This document shows positions 62,665-64,000 of a DNA stretch of 64,000 nucleotides, piece by piece. Source of the DNA: Mobula hypostoma (lineage: Eukaryota); contig NC_086097.1 in NCBI RefSeq assembly GCF_963921235.1, positions 119,228,001-119,292,000 of the forward strand. Direction: 5' to 3'. The position numbers and the translations under genes are program-made. The notes beneath the pieces are model-generated. The model saw nothing but the letters and a program-made list of their open reading frames with translations, did no database searches and was not told the DNA's origin. Within the stretch, counting starts at the first letter, position 1. Every line of letters begins with the position of its first letter.

Positions 62665-63415
62665 ACAAAGCAAAAATTAATGGGAAGATAGAGGATTGGG
62701 AAGTTTTTAAAAATCTACAGAGAGCAACAAACAAATCATTAGAATGGAAAAGATGAAATATGAAAAGAAGCTAGCAAATAATATCAAAGTGGATAGTAAA
62801 AGTTCTTTTCAAGTATGTTAAAAATAAAAGAGAAATGGCAGAGGATGTAGAACCGCTAGAAAACGAGGCAGGAGAAATAATAACAGTAGTCAAGGAGATG
62901 GCTGATGAACTAAATGAGTATTTTGCATCAGCCTTCACTGTGGAAGACACTAGCAGTCTACCTGGTGGAGAAAGAGGAGTGGGTTCAGTTACTGTTACAA
63001 GAGAGAAGGTATTCAAAAAGCTGAAAGACCTTAAGGTACATAAGTCACCCAGACCAGAGCAACTACCTAGGGTTCTGAAAAAGGTAGCATTACAGATTAT
63101 GGTGGCATTAGAAATGATCTTTCAAAAATCATTGGAATCTAGCACGCTGCCAGAGGATTGGAAAATTGCCAATGTTGCTCCATTATTTAAGAAAGGAGGA
63201 AGGCATCAGAAAGGGAATTATACTCATTAGCCTGACCTCAGTGGCTAGGAAGATGTTAGAGTTAATTGTTAAGAATAAGGAGATGGATAACTTGACGACT
63301 TTGGACAATAGTTCATCATAGTTTCCTTCATGGAAAATCCTGCCGGATGTACCTGTTGGAATTCGTTGAGGAGATTACAAGTAGGATACATGAAAAGGAT
63401 GCAGTGAATGCTGTA
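62665..63415 (+). mobile_element. CR1 ORF2 fragment, decayed
   Basis: ADELNEYFASAFT, PEDWKIANVAPLFKKG. Confidence 0.85.
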
Positions 63416-63416
63416 A

Positions 63417-64000
63417 CTTTAACTTTATACTTTATTGTCACCAAGCAGTTGATACTAGAACATACAATCATCACAGAGATATTTGATTCTGCGCTTCCTG
63501 CTCCCTGAATTACAAATATTAAATAGTAAAAATAGTAAAAATTAGTAAATATTAAAAATTTAGATTATAAAGCATAAATAGAAAAATAGAAAAATGGAAA
63601 GTAAGGTAGTGCAAAAAAACCAAGAGGCAGGTCCGGGTATTTGGAGGGTACGGCCCAGATAGGGGTCAGGATCCGTTCAGCAGTCTTATCACAGTTGGAA
63701 AGAATCTGTTCCCAAATCTGACCGTACGAGTCTTCAAGCTCCTGGGCCTTCTCCCAGAGGGAAGAAGGACGAACAGTGTGTTGGCTGGGTGGGTCATGTC
63801 CTTGATTATCCTGGCAGCACTGCTTTGACAGCGTGCGGTGTAAAGTGAGTCCAAGGACAGAAGATTGATTTGTGTGATGTGCTGCGCCGTGTTCACGATC
63901 TTCTGCGCTTCTTTCGGTCTTGGAGAGAACAACTTCCATACCAGGTTGTGATGCCCCCTAGAAGAATGCTTTCTAAGGTGCATCTATAAAAATTAGTGAG
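63417..64000 (-). mobile_element. Rex1-like LINE 3' end, running off the window
   Basis: HPANTLFVLLPSGRR..NRFFPTVIRLLN. Tail aataaagtataaagttaaagtta. Confidence 0.85.

Overview
This is repeat-saturated vertebrate DNA, most likely from a cartilaginous fish such as a ray (inferred from the mix of CR1, Rex1/Babar-like, Penelope-like, V-SINE-like and Tc1-MITE families). I recognise no host protein-coding gene. The recognisable ORFs are all retroelement fragments: CR1 and Rex1/Babar-like LINEs, three decayed Ty3/Gypsy elements (one chromoviral) and an L1 derivative. Two solo LTRs, SINEs and Tc1-type MITEs are also present, many of them nested with readable target-site duplications (TSDs). The main points of interest are: (1) minimal hammerhead ribozyme motifs in Penelope-like terminal repeats, with three intact cores; (2) a TSD-bounded Penelope insertion at 8189-8638 that holds an inverted copy of about 230 bp of its own target flank; (3) a 1.9-kb L1 derivative with both ends and a TSD that keeps open ORF1 and ORF2 C-terminal frames but lacks endonuclease and RT; (4) a TATA box, initiator, short exon and perfect splice donor on the minus strand just downstream of a Gypsy LTR; (5) a family of non-autonomous retroelements headed by a YY1 motif. 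All calls were made by eye. Boundaries of old elements are approximate, family names were not checked against any database, and I cannot tell from the sequence whether any of this is previously undescribed.
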